From: a bacterium
Lineage (GTDB): Bacteria; UBP7; UBA6624; JBBIMK01
Length of the DNA: 32,000 nucleotides
Direction of reading: 5' to 3'
Assembly (NCBI GenBank): GCA_037444445.1
Contig: JBBIMK010000004.1
Location: 64,725-96,724 of the forward strand
Position 1 is the stretch's first letter. Each line of letters starts with the position of its first letter. The position numbers and the translations under genes were made by a program. Below are positions 15,816-23,874 of this stretch, piece after piece. The notes under the pieces were generated by a model, which was not told where the DNA came from, did not search any database, and saw only the letters and a list, made by a program, of their open reading frames with translations.

Positions 15816-15866
15816 AAGCCGTTATGTGAAATCGGGCTATGGATATAAAATAGGATAATAGATAGA

Positions 15867-17225
15867 ATGAGGAAAAGATTAGAAGAAACAATTGTTATTT
15901 TTATTAGTACCCTTGAATGGAGTGTTTTAGCTGCAATCATCGGGATGGCAGTTGGATTATCAACAACCGTATTTTTGAAAATACTCAATTGGACTACATT
16001 TCTCACTCATCAATATTCTTATTATTATCTTTTCCTACCTGTTGCATTCTTTTTAAGTGCTTTATGTGTTCAATATTTAGCACCTGATGCAGAAGGTCAT
16101 GGAACAGAAAAGGTTATTGAAGCAATCCATAGATATTCTGGTAAGATAAAAGCAGTAGTTATTCCTGTGAAACTTGTTGCGTCTGTAATCACAATAGCCT
16201 TTGGTGGTTCAGCAGGGAAGGAAGGTCCTTGTGCTCAAATAGGTGGAGGAGTGTCATCTGTTTTTTGTGATATATTTAGATTTGATGATATTGATAGAAA
16301 AAAGTTGGTAATATGCGGTATTAGTGCAGGATTTGCTTCTGTATTTGGCACACCAGTAGCCGGTGCTATTTTTGGTGTTGAAGTTCTTTTTATTGGAAGT
16401 ATCTTATATGATGTTCTTTTACCTTCATTTATTGCGGGAATTGTAAGTTATCATATCTCTTCGGCACTCAGAATTACCTATTTTTATCATCCATTAAAAT
16501 TTGTTCCTGTGTTTAGTGAATATCTTTTAATAAAAGTGATTATTGGAGGAATTTTTTGGGGCCTTGTTTCGTTTCTTCTGATTGAGACAATGAGATTTTT
16601 CCAAAATCAATCTTCTAAAATAGAATTATGGAAGCCATTGAAGGGTTTAATTGGCAGTTTGCTTCTTGTTGTTTTGACTTTTATCTTCTCAACACAATTT
16701 CTCGGGCTTGGTTTGGAAACGATCCAGTCAACATTAGAAGGAACAAAAGTTATCTGGTATGCCTTTATTCTAAAAATTATTTATACTGCTATTACCCTGA
16801 ACTTTGGTGGTAGTGGTGGGGTAATAACACCTATATTTTTCATTGGAGCAACTTCTGGCTCACGATTTGCAGATTTATTCGGGCTGGATAAAGCAACATT
16901 TTCTGCCATTGGTTTAGTGAGCGTTTTAGCAGGTGCAACCAATACTCCTATTGCGTCAAGTATAATGGCAATAGAGCTTTTTGGAGCAGGTATTGCTCCT
17001 TATGCTGCTTTGTCTTGTATCATTAGTTTTCTTATAACAGGACACAGAAGTATCTATCCTTCTCAGATACTCGTGATTAAAAAATCTCCATCTATACAAA
17101 TAGAGATTGGCAAAGAAATAGAGGAAATAACGCCAACGGTTCAACCAGGGAGAAAAAGCCTCACAAATGCGATTTTAAGAATTAGTAGAAAAATGAAAGA
17201 AAAGATTATTAAAGTGAAAAGATAA
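15867..17225 (+). CDS. ClC-family chloride channel / anion:proton antiporter
   Basis: Roughly 10-12 TM protein with ClC selectivity-filter-type motifs EGHGTEKV, GGSAGKEGP and GGSGGVITPIFFIGA. Very AT-rich codon usage. Confidence 0.88.
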   Translation: MRKRLEETIVIFISTLEWSVLAAIIGMAVGLSTTVFLKILNWTTFLTHQYSYYYLFLPVAFFLSALCVQYLAPDAEGHGTEKVIEAIHRYSGKIKAVVIPVKLVASVITIAFGGSAGKEGPCAQIGGGVSSVFCDIFRFDDIDRKKLVICGISAGFASVFGTPVAGAIFGVEVLFIGSILYDVLLPSFIAGIVSYHISSALRITYFYHPLKFVPVFSEYLLIKVIIGGIFWGLVSFLLIETMRFFQNQSSKIELWKPLKGLIGSLLLVVLTFIFSTQFLGLGLETIQSTLEGTKVIWYAFILKIIYTAITLNFGGSGGVITPIFFIGATSGSRFADLFGLDKATFSAIGLVSVLAGATNTPIASSIMAIELFGAGIAPYAALSCIISFLITGHRSIYPSQILVIKKSPSIQIEIGKEIEEITPTVQPGRKSLTNAILRISRKMKEKIIKVKR

Positions 17226-17228
17226 TGG

Positions 17229-17287
17229 CACGACTTCGCCTAACACAGGGTAAGAGGTTCCTCCATCGGGGTCACCCAGATTCCGCC
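17229..17287. repeat. Right copy of the direct repeat bracketing the AT-rich cassette
   Basis: See 14515-14594. It begins 4 nt after the ClC stop codon and lies about 110 nt upstream of the PhoU-like ATG. Confidence 0.6.
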
Positions 17288-17396
17288 CCCTGGCTTCAGA
17301 AAAGGAAAGGGGGTGAATAAAACTGAAGAGGTGAGGTGAAATGAGAAAGAAAACCCCTGAATTAAGGCTGTTTATTTATGACGGAGGTGAGAAGGG

Positions 17397-18056
17397 ATGA
17401 ATCCGGAGATTGTAAAGTTACGGGAGCAATTTCGTGAAGTTGGCGACCTCTCTCTGGAGATGGTGCGGCTGGCAAGTTCGGCTTATTTCATGGGCGATTA
17501 CAGGCTTGCCCTTCAGGTTCTGGACCTGGAAAGGAAACTGAATCAAAAAGAGGTGGAACTGGAGCAAAATTGTCAAATGGTTCTGACCCTTCATCCGATG
17601 GATGCTACCTCCATCCGCTGGATACTCTCCATTTTGCGCTCCTCTGTAAACCTGGAGCGGGTGGGCGACCATTGTTTCAAGTTAGCGAAGCGAGGGCAGG
17701 AACGCGGCAAGCCTTTGAATCATCCACAGGAGCCCACCCTCCGGGAACTCTCACAAGTGGCTTCCGGGATGTGGATAGATGTTCTGCAAGCCTTCTATGA
17801 TACCCATGGGGTTGCCGCCCAGACTATCCTGACGACTGACAGGTCTGCAAACCGCCTGAAAAAGGAGATTGTGGAAGGAATTCAAGCCTCCTGGGAAGCG
17901 GGAAAAACTTCTCCTTCCGATTACGAGGTACTGGTAACTGCCTCCGATTTAGAGCGCATTGCAGACCACGCCTGTAACATTTCGGAAGAGATTATCGTTC
18001 TCATTTCGGGAGCGGCGGACCGGCGACAGGTCAGACGGGAGCGAGAAAAGTTGTAA
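17397..18056 (+). CDS. PhoU-domain protein (two PhoU repeats), orphan with no adjacent pst genes
   Basis: Two repeats end in LERVGDHCFKLAKR and LERIADHACNISEEI, which are PhoU-type E/D-x-x-x-D metal-site helices. GGAGGTGA Shine-Dalgarno lies 6 nt upstream. Confidence 0.85.
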   Translation: MNPEIVKLREQFREVGDLSLEMVRLASSAYFMGDYRLALQVLDLERKLNQKEVELEQNCQMVLTLHPMDATSIRWILSILRSSVNLERVGDHCFKLAKRGQERGKPLNHPQEPTLRELSQVASGMWIDVLQAFYDTHGVAAQTILTTDRSANRLKKEIVEGIQASWEAGKTSPSDYEVLVTASDLERIADHACNISEEIIVLISGAADRRQVRREREKL

Positions 18057-18145
18057 GTGTTCTTTTTCCTCTCGCTGGATGCAGTGGGAAGGCTATCCGC
18101 TGTCCTGATGTCAAAATTGAAGAAGGTGTGATATAGTTTTCAGGT

Positions 18146-19333
18146 ATGAAAGGTGAGAAAAGGGCATATTCTGGATTTTTAATTTTGTTTTCAGGATTCC
18201 TGCTTCCCGTGTTCCAGCGCTGGGGTCGGCAAGCCTCCTTCCCGAAGGATTTTCCGGATATGGGCATCACTCTGATAGACCAGTGGGTGGGGGATGTGGA
18301 CTGGTTAAAAGATGGCTCGTGGATTGCTTATACGAAGCGGAACCCTCAGAACTGGTATATGGATGTGTGGAAGATTCGCCCCGATGGGTCGTCTGCACAG
18401 TGCCTGACCTGTGGCGAGAAGGCGCCGAAGAAGCATGCGGGAAGCGTCACCTGGCATCCCTCGGGCAAATATATCGTCTTTACAGCGGAAAATGAGGATG
18501 TGCAGACGAAGAAGGCAGATGAACTGGCTTCCCCGGGCGTGGGGTTGAATACCAATCTCTGGGCTATGTCCTCTGACGGAAAGCAGTTCTGGAAACTCAC
18601 GGATTATAAAACGGATTATGTGAATCCGAAAGGCGCCATTCACCCTCAGTTCTCCAGGGATGGAAAACGCCTCTTCTGGGCAGGACCCACCGGAAATTAT
18701 CACATCAAGAAAGGTTATGAATGGGGTGAGTGGGCTCTCTTCGTGGCTGAGTTCTCTTTAGAAGGTGGAAGACCACACATAGAATATATCCGCAAGTTCC
18801 AGCCCGGTGTTCAGCACAGTTTCTATGAATCCCACGACTGGTCACCGGATGATAAAAAGGTGCTGTTCACGGGAAACCTTCAGCCAGGGCAATCGGTTAA
18901 TGAACTGGATATTTACGAATATGACCCTGTGAGCCAGGAGTTGAAGAACCTGACGAACACAGATAAGGACTGGGACGAGCACGCCCACTATTCTCCCGAC
19001 GGCTCTAAAATCCTCTGGATGTCGGGTGCAGGCTTGAATGTGAAATTCCGCAATGTGTATGGCTTGAACTGGGTGAAGGATGTGAAAACGGAGTTGTGGA
19101 TGATGAATCACGATGGCACAGCCGCGCGACGGCTCACCTATTTTAATCAAAGGGGGCATCCCGATTGGGCGTGGTTCCAGAAGAATCTCTTTCCCACTTC
19201 ACGAGTCGTTGTTTCTGACAGTTCCTTCAGCCCGGATGGAACGAAAGCCGTCGTCTGTTTCGCTTATGAATCCCGGTGGGGAATGATTAGCTCCTTTCTG
19301 GCCATTATAGACCTGCAAAAGAGGGGCTTTTAA
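18146..19333 (+). CDS. TolB-like / PD40 (WD40-like) beta-propeller protein, secreted
   Basis: Repeated PD40-type motifs: WHPSGKYIVFTAE, FSRDGKRLFWAG, WSPDDKKVLFTG, YSPDGSKILWMS, FSPDGTKAVVCF. N-terminal hydrophobic segment YSGFLILFSGFLLPVF. Confidence 0.8.
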   Translation: MKGEKRAYSGFLILFSGFLLPVFQRWGRQASFPKDFPDMGITLIDQWVGDVDWLKDGSWIAYTKRNPQNWYMDVWKIRPDGSSAQCLTCGEKAPKKHAGSVTWHPSGKYIVFTAENEDVQTKKADELASPGVGLNTNLWAMSSDGKQFWKLTDYKTDYVNPKGAIHPQFSRDGKRLFWAGPTGNYHIKKGYEWGEWALFVAEFSLEGGRPHIEYIRKFQPGVQHSFYESHDWSPDDKKVLFTGNLQPGQSVNELDIYEYDPVSQELKNLTNTDKDWDEHAHYSPDGSKILWMSGAGLNVKFRNVYGLNWVKDVKTELWMMNHDGTAARRLTYFNQRGHPDWAWFQKNLFPTSRVVVSDSSFSPDGTKAVVCFAYESRWGMISSFLAIIDLQKRGF

Positions 19334-19483
19334 TGATGCACGGGGGATGCGGTCTTCCACATCCGAAAAAAGAGCGGAGGACGGGTAGCCCTTTCCTACC
19401 TGAAATATACGCAGAACGCCGACGACCCTGTGATATACTCCAACAGTGGAGTGAAGGAATAAAATTTAGAAGAAAGGAGGGAA

Positions 19484-19777
19484 ATGCAAATGGCAACTTA
19501 TGTGATGCTCAGCAGGTTTTCACCGGAAGCCTTCCGGGAGCCGAAAGATTTTAAGAAGTTAGCAGAGGAGGTATCGGATAGGATTAAGAAGGAATGTCCG
19601 GGTGTGAAATGGAAAGCGAGTTACGCCACTCTCGGGCGGTTTGATGTGGTGGATGTGGTGGAGTCCGATGACCCGAAGCAGGTGGGGAAAGCGGCGATGA
19701 TTATCCACGCCTACGGGCATTCCACCACGGAAACCCTGCTGGCAACCCCCTGGGACGAGTTCCTCGCAACCCTGTAA
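19484..19777 (+). CDS. GYD-domain protein
   Basis: The ~95-aa protein MATYVMLSRFSPEAF...YATLGRFDVVDVVESDDP...G.STTETL fits the GYD family pattern. GGAGG at 19476-19480 favours the second ATG (19490) as the start. Confidence 0.8.
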   Translation: MQMATYVMLSRFSPEAFREPKDFKKLAEEVSDRIKKECPGVKWKASYATLGRFDVVDVVESDDPKQVGKAAMIIHAYGHSTTETLLATPWDEFLATL

Positions 19778-19870
19778 TTGCCGACCCCACTGAGCAAAGC
19801 AAAGAATCTCCCGCTGCGGTAGTGAACTGAACGGATTTCTATCCGACAGATGACCTTTCCGTTGGGATGG

Positions 19871-19876
19871 TATGAT
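19871..19876 (+). promoter_or_regulatory. Putative -10 element (gGTATGATat) upstream of asnA
   Basis: TATGAT lies 33 nt upstream of ATG 19909, followed by GGGGTGAGGT Shine-Dalgarno. Confidence 0.3.
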
Positions 19877-19908
19877 ATACTTAAAATGATGCAAAGGGGT
19901 GAGGTAGT

Positions 19909-21039
19909 ATGAGGGATAAGAAGGCGGACCTGGCGGGTCCCGGCATCGGTTCTTATGAGGAGTTAGAGAGAATCCTGCCGGGGGATTATTTCCCACTCCT
20001 CAACCCGAAGGAAACGCAGATTGCCATCACATCACTGAAAGGCTACATTGAGGAGAACCTGTGTAAGGAGTTGAACCTCATCCGGGTGGAGTGCCCACTG
20101 ATTGTGGATGCGGAGAGCGGGGTGAATGACCTGTTGGACCGGGATGGCACTCGCACACCCATCCAGTTCCACATCTCTAACGACCACGACCAGCACCCCA
20201 TTGAGGCTCAGGTTGTTCAGGCGGCAACCAAGTGGAAGAGGCTTGCCCTGAAACAATTCGGGATGAAGCCTGGAGAAGGGCTGTATACAGATATGCGAGC
20301 GGTGCGCAAGGACTATTTTTTAGACCACGACCACAGCGCCTATGTGGACCAGTGGGACTGGGAAAAGGTAATTACACCAGACCAGCGAAACCTTTCTTAC
20401 CTGAAGGAAACCGTTCAGAAAATCTGGAAGGTGATTCGGGGGGCGGAAACTTTCATCCAGACAGAGTTCCCTCAGTTGAAGACGGACAGGTATCCGAACC
20501 TGCCCGAGGAACTAACCTTCCTGCACGCCGAGGACATCTTAGACTGGTATCCCGACCTGCCCCGAAAACAGCGGGAAACGATGGTCCTGCAGAAATATCC
20601 GGCCATCTTTATCATCGGGATTGGCTGGCCGCTGAAGGACGGATTTCCCCACGAAATGAGAGCGGCGGACTACGACGACTGGGTAACGGAAACCGTGTCC
20701 GAAGATGGCAGACCAATGCACGGGTTAAACGGCGACATCCTCGTCTGGAACCCGGTAACCCGACGAAGACACGAACTGACCTCAATGGGAATTCGCGTGA
20801 ATGCCGAAACCCTCCAGAAACAATTAGAGATGTCCGGACAACTCCATTTTCTGAAGTATCCTTACCATCAGGGAATCCTCAGAGGTGAACTTCCGCTGAG
20901 TATGGGTGGAGGCATCGGTCAGTCCCGCACCTATATGCTCCTGCTAAGGAAAGCCCATCTGGGGGAGTGCAGTATTACTGTCTGGCCCAAAATCCTGAAG
21001 GATATGTGCCGGAAGAAAAATATCTTTGTGCTGGAATAA
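19909..21039 (+). CDS. asnA: Aspartate--ammonia ligase (asparagine synthetase A)
   Basis: Colinear with AsnA: IRVECPLIV, KWKR, GEGLYTDMRA, HSAYVDQWDWEKVI, GLNGDILVWNPV, ELTSMGIRV, GGGIGQSRTYMLLL. Confidence 0.9.
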   Translation: MRDKKADLAGPGIGSYEELERILPGDYFPLLNPKETQIAITSLKGYIEENLCKELNLIRVECPLIVDAESGVNDLLDRDGTRTPIQFHISNDHDQHPIEAQVVQAATKWKRLALKQFGMKPGEGLYTDMRAVRKDYFLDHDHSAYVDQWDWEKVITPDQRNLSYLKETVQKIWKVIRGAETFIQTEFPQLKTDRYPNLPEELTFLHAEDILDWYPDLPRKQRETMVLQKYPAIFIIGIGWPLKDGFPHEMRAADYDDWVTETVSEDGRPMHGLNGDILVWNPVTRRRHELTSMGIRVNAETLQKQLEMSGQLHFLKYPYHQGILRGELPLSMGGGIGQSRTYMLLLRKAHLGECSITVWPKILKDMCRKKNIFVLE

Positions 21040-21058
21040 TCATACGGGAGAGAGAAAG

Positions 21059-21652
21059 TTAATACTGAAGAAAGGGTAACAGGCTGTGAAGGGCGAGAGA
21101 GCGGTGGCTCACTTGATTTTTCAGTTGCAGCGACACTTCGCCGAAGGTTTTACCAAATGGAGGATAGAAGAAAATGGGGTCGTAGCCGAAGCCCTGTGTG
21201 CCTTTCGGCTCTTCAGCGATGAAGCCTTCGCAGATTCCTCGCCCTGTCTTTACTTTCCCGTCAGGAAAGCGTAAAACCATCACGCACACATAGCGGGCAG
21301 TCCTTTTATGAAAGGGAACATCTTTGAGAAGGTGAAGGACTTTTTCATTGGCTTCTTCCGGAGTCGGAGCAAAGCGAGCGGAACGAATTCCTGGCTTGCC
21401 TTTCAATATCTCTATTTCTAAGCCGGAATCTTCAGATAAGATAAAAATATCCGGATAATGGGTAGCGTAAAATTGGGCTTTGTTCAGGGCATTAGAACGG
21501 TAGGAACGACCCGCCTCCAGAGTGTGAGGTGTGAGGAGTGAGGGGTCAGGAGTGAACAAATGGATGCCAGAAGTGGATGTCTTCAACAGGGAGGTAAGTT
21601 CCCGGCTCTTACCGGGGTTAGTGGTGGCAATGAGCAGTTCTCGCTTACCCAT
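21059..21652 (-). CDS. rdgB: Non-canonical purine NTP pyrophosphatase (RdgB/HAM1 family)
   Basis: LLIATTNPGKSRE at the N-terminus, EDSGLEI, and FGYDPIFF near the C-terminus. Confidence 0.9.
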   Translation of the reverse strand: MGKRELLIATTNPGKSRELTSLLKTSTSGIHLFTPDPSLLTPHTLEAGRSYRSNALNKAQFYATHYPDIFILSEDSGLEIEILKGKPGIRSARFAPTPEEANEKVLHLLKDVPFHKRTARYVCVMVLRFPDGKVKTGRGICEGFIAEEPKGTQGFGYDPIFFYPPFGKTFGEVSLQLKNQVSHRSLALHSLLPFLQY

Positions 21653-21693
21653 ACCTTCTGTCAGTGTTTGGGGTCAGGCACCGGATTATGACA

Positions 21694-22053
21694 CTATTTG
21701 GGCTTCCAGCCTAAAAGGATGACGCCAGCGCTGATGAGCAAAACCCCCGCCACACGAGCCAGGCTCAATGGTTCTTTCAGATAGAACCAGGAAAAAAGCA
21801 GGATGAGAACATAGCCCACACTGATGGAGGGGTAAGCCACAGAAAGGTCAACGCGAGAGAGAACGATAATCCAGAGGATTGCGCTGATGCCATATAAGAG
21901 GAAGCCAGCGATAACAGGAGGATTTAGCAGGGATTGGACAATCAGAACCAGAATAGGGGGGTGGGAAACTGCCACCTCATTGATGCCGCGTTTAAGGAGA
22001 ACCTGCCCGACGACTCCGAGCAAGATACAGATATAAAGAAGAGCCTTCGCCAC
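21694..22053 (-). CDS. Small 4-TM EamA/DMT-superfamily protein (ArnE/ArnF-like flippase subunit type)
   Basis: 119 aa with four hydrophobic helices, GQVLLKRG near the N-terminus and a C-terminal LLISAGVILL. It lies between a GT9 glycosyltransferase and rdgB in a co-directional block. Confidence 0.65.
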   Translation of the reverse strand: MAKALLYICILLGVVGQVLLKRGINEVAVSHPPILVLIVQSLLNPPVIAGFLLYGISAILWIIVLSRVDLSVAYPSISVGYVLILLFSWFYLKEPLSLARVAGVLLISAGVILLGWKPK

Positions 22054-22114
22054 CGGGTTATCCCCTCACTGGAATCATTTCAAATACCCTGTTTTCCCTT
22101 TTCGTATCTAATGT

Positions 22115-23185
22115 CTACTCGTATTTTACCAGAAATTCCTCCATCTGGCGAATCACTTCATCCGCCGATAAAGAATGCATGCATACGAAATGGCGTCGGG
22201 GCGGGCACTTTTTCAAATAGCAGGGGGAACAGAACGGGCGCGTGGAGAGGACGAGAGATTTCCCTCCCACAGGGCCCGTGAGAGCCGGGTCAGTGGGACC
22301 AAAGATGGATACTGTAGGAGCGCCCACCGCAACACCGATATGCATAGGACCGGAATCGTTTGTGAGGAATCCTCTGGCAGTGTGAAGAACGGCGGCGAGT
22401 TCCATCAACTCCATTTTCCCTGTCAGATTCACAAAGGGAACGCTCAGGGCTGACTGAACAGCCTCCGACACAGAGGTATCCTCTTCTCCTCCTACGATAA
22501 CTGGCCTCCATCCCTTCTTCTCGTAGAAATAGTTTCCCACCTTTGCAAAACCCTCCGCCAGCCAGCGTTTCGTTTCCCAGGAGCCCGCAGGATTAAGAAC
22601 GAGGTAATCTCCCGTATTTTGCAGGAATTTTGTTTTGACCTGTTCCTGGAACTCGGAGGGAACCGGTAATTCAAGAGATAAGAACCGGGGTGAGATGGAG
22701 GAGAAACCGGAGTGACGGAAAGAAGAATAAGGCATGGGGGAGGGAGAGGCAGCAGTGCTACTGCGGGCAAGGTGATATTCCAGAAGGCGAAGATGATTGA
22801 TGGCTCGGTGAAGGCTGGCGTGGTAAGGGAACGAGGCGGTGAGAAAGCCTTCGCGTCCCTCGGTGGCATAGCCGATGCGAACGGGGATGCGAGCCAGCCA
22901 GCATAAGAAAGCGCTGGCAAAGGAACGGTGAAGAAGAAATGCACACTGGAATTGCTTTTCCCGAAGGACGGAAAGGACACGGCGGGTTTCCTGCCATCCT
23001 TTCCTCTTATCGTACGGAATCCACTCGGAAAGATGAGGATTGGTCTGAAGAATTTTCAAGGATTGGGGCACACCCAGAAAGGCTATCTCAGATTTCGGAA
23101 ACACAGATTTAAAGGCTCGCAAGAAAGGTGTGGTGAGCAATGTATCACCGATGTATGCCAGTTCAACTACGAGAACCCGCTTCAT
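22115..23185 (-). CDS. Glycosyltransferase family 9 (LPS heptosyltransferase-like)
   Basis: MKRVLVVELAYIGDTLLTTPFLRAFK (the GT9 N-terminal IGD motif) and NDSGPMHIGVAVGAPTVSIFGPT (the C-terminal GT9 signature). Confidence 0.9.
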   Translation of the reverse strand: MKRVLVVELAYIGDTLLTTPFLRAFKSVFPKSEIAFLGVPQSLKILQTNPHLSEWIPYDKRKGWQETRRVLSVLREKQFQCAFLLHRSFASAFLCWLARIPVRIGYATEGREGFLTASFPYHASLHRAINHLRLLEYHLARSSTAASPSPMPYSSFRHSGFSSISPRFLSLELPVPSEFQEQVKTKFLQNTGDYLVLNPAGSWETKRWLAEGFAKVGNYFYEKKGWRPVIVGGEEDTSVSEAVQSALSVPFVNLTGKMELMELAAVLHTARGFLTNDSGPMHIGVAVGAPTVSIFGPTDPALTGPVGGKSLVLSTRPFCSPCYLKKCPPRRHFVCMHSLSADEVIRQMEEFLVKYE

Positions 23186-23254
23186 ACAATAAACCCGGAA
23201 TATTCAGCACGGAAGTCAAAGCGCATTCTACGGTGAGGAAAAAAGAGCAGGACT

Positions 23255-23827
23255 TCATTCACCTTTTATAAAAGTTAAAGGGGTTACGCCGGTGAATAAA
23301 AAAAGGAGTAGAAGGAGGAGGAGGAGGACAGAGAGGAGGACCCCTTCCCACTCTTTATTTTGTAGAAATAGCCTGAAACGAAAACCTGCGTGGGTGGTGG
23401 GGGAATAGGGGAGAGAGGAGGGAAGAAAGAGGGGGGTGTGCTGGATGTAATCTTTCCAGGGCTCGGGGAAAGCAACCGCGAGGTCTTTTTCCTCCTGTTT
23501 CATCACAGGGAAGTAGAAAGCGAGGAAAAGAAGCAGGAAGGCGGTGTAGAAAATGGGAAGGGCACCGGCAATGGTGGTGAAGCCGAGGCCCGATAGAAAG
23601 GTGCCGAAATACAATGGGTGCCGGCAAATAGCATAAGGGCCGGAGGTGCAGAGAGATTTTTTCTTTTCAATCGTGCCCGCCGCCCATACTCTTTGCGCCA
23701 GTCCGAGAATAACCAGAGGCAAGCCGAGGAAGAAAAAAAGCCAGCGGGGTTGAGAAAAAATCAGCAAAAGCAGGAAATACAACCGAGTGAGAACCATCCG
23801 CCAGCGGTTCATAAAAGTGAACCGCAT
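23255..23827 (-). CDS. Isoprenylcysteine carboxyl methyltransferase (ICMT)/phospholipid methyltransferase-family membrane protein
   Basis: Polytopic membrane protein with L-x-T-x-GPY-x-x-x-RHP-x-Y-x-G (LCTSGPYAICRHPLYFGTFL). Confidence 0.8.
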   Translation of the reverse strand: MRFTFMNRWRMVLTRLYFLLLLIFSQPRWLFFFLGLPLVILGLAQRVWAAGTIEKKKSLCTSGPYAICRHPLYFGTFLSGLGFTTIAGALPIFYTAFLLLFLAFYFPVMKQEEKDLAVAFPEPWKDYIQHTPLFLPSSLPYSPTTHAGFRFRLFLQNKEWEGVLLSVLLLLLLLLFLFTGVTPLTFIKGE

Positions 23828-23832
23828 AAAAT

Positions 23833-23870
23833 TTCAGATTTTAGATTTCGGATTTTGGGCTTCGGATTTT
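23833..23870. repeat. Three direct 10-nt repeats (TTC[A/G]GATTTT) at exact 14-nt period in the proS-ICMT intergenic spacer
   Basis: TTCAGATTTT at 23833-23842, TTCGGATTTT at 23847-23856 and TTCGGATTTT at 23861-23870. On the coding (minus) strand these read AAAATC[C/T]GAA three times, directly before the ICMT ATG, which has no Shine-Dalgarno. Confidence 0.6.
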
Positions 23871-23874
23871 CCAT

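Noticed and set aside
15754-15866. Fluoride (crcB-motif) riboswitch upstream of the ClC gene.
   Set aside because: The element present is a three-way nested hairpin. It lacks the small pseudoknotted fluoride fold and its conserved GAUG...AAAC...UGAUG-type segments as I recall them. The ClC motifs (GKEGP, GHGTEKV) also look like ordinary chloride-type rather than CLC-F. It is kept as an unknown structured element instead.
14595-17228. Search for integrase, transposase, inverted terminal repeats or a tRNA target associated with the AT-rich cassette.
   Set aside because: None found. All three ORFs are transporter or Cys-rich proteins, and no terminal inverted repeats were seen. I therefore do not call a mobile element, only a compositionally foreign cassette with flanking direct repeats.
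19333-19554. 73-aa ORF starting at the TolB-like stop (TAATG) and overlapping the GYD start.
   Set aside because: It has basic low-complexity composition, overlaps the strongly supported GYD gene out of frame, and has no SD.
23833-23870. CRISPR-like array.
   Set aside because: Only three 10-nt units with 4-nt spacers, far below CRISPR repeat and spacer sizes. No other regularly spaced repeats of 24-40 nt were seen anywhere in the window.
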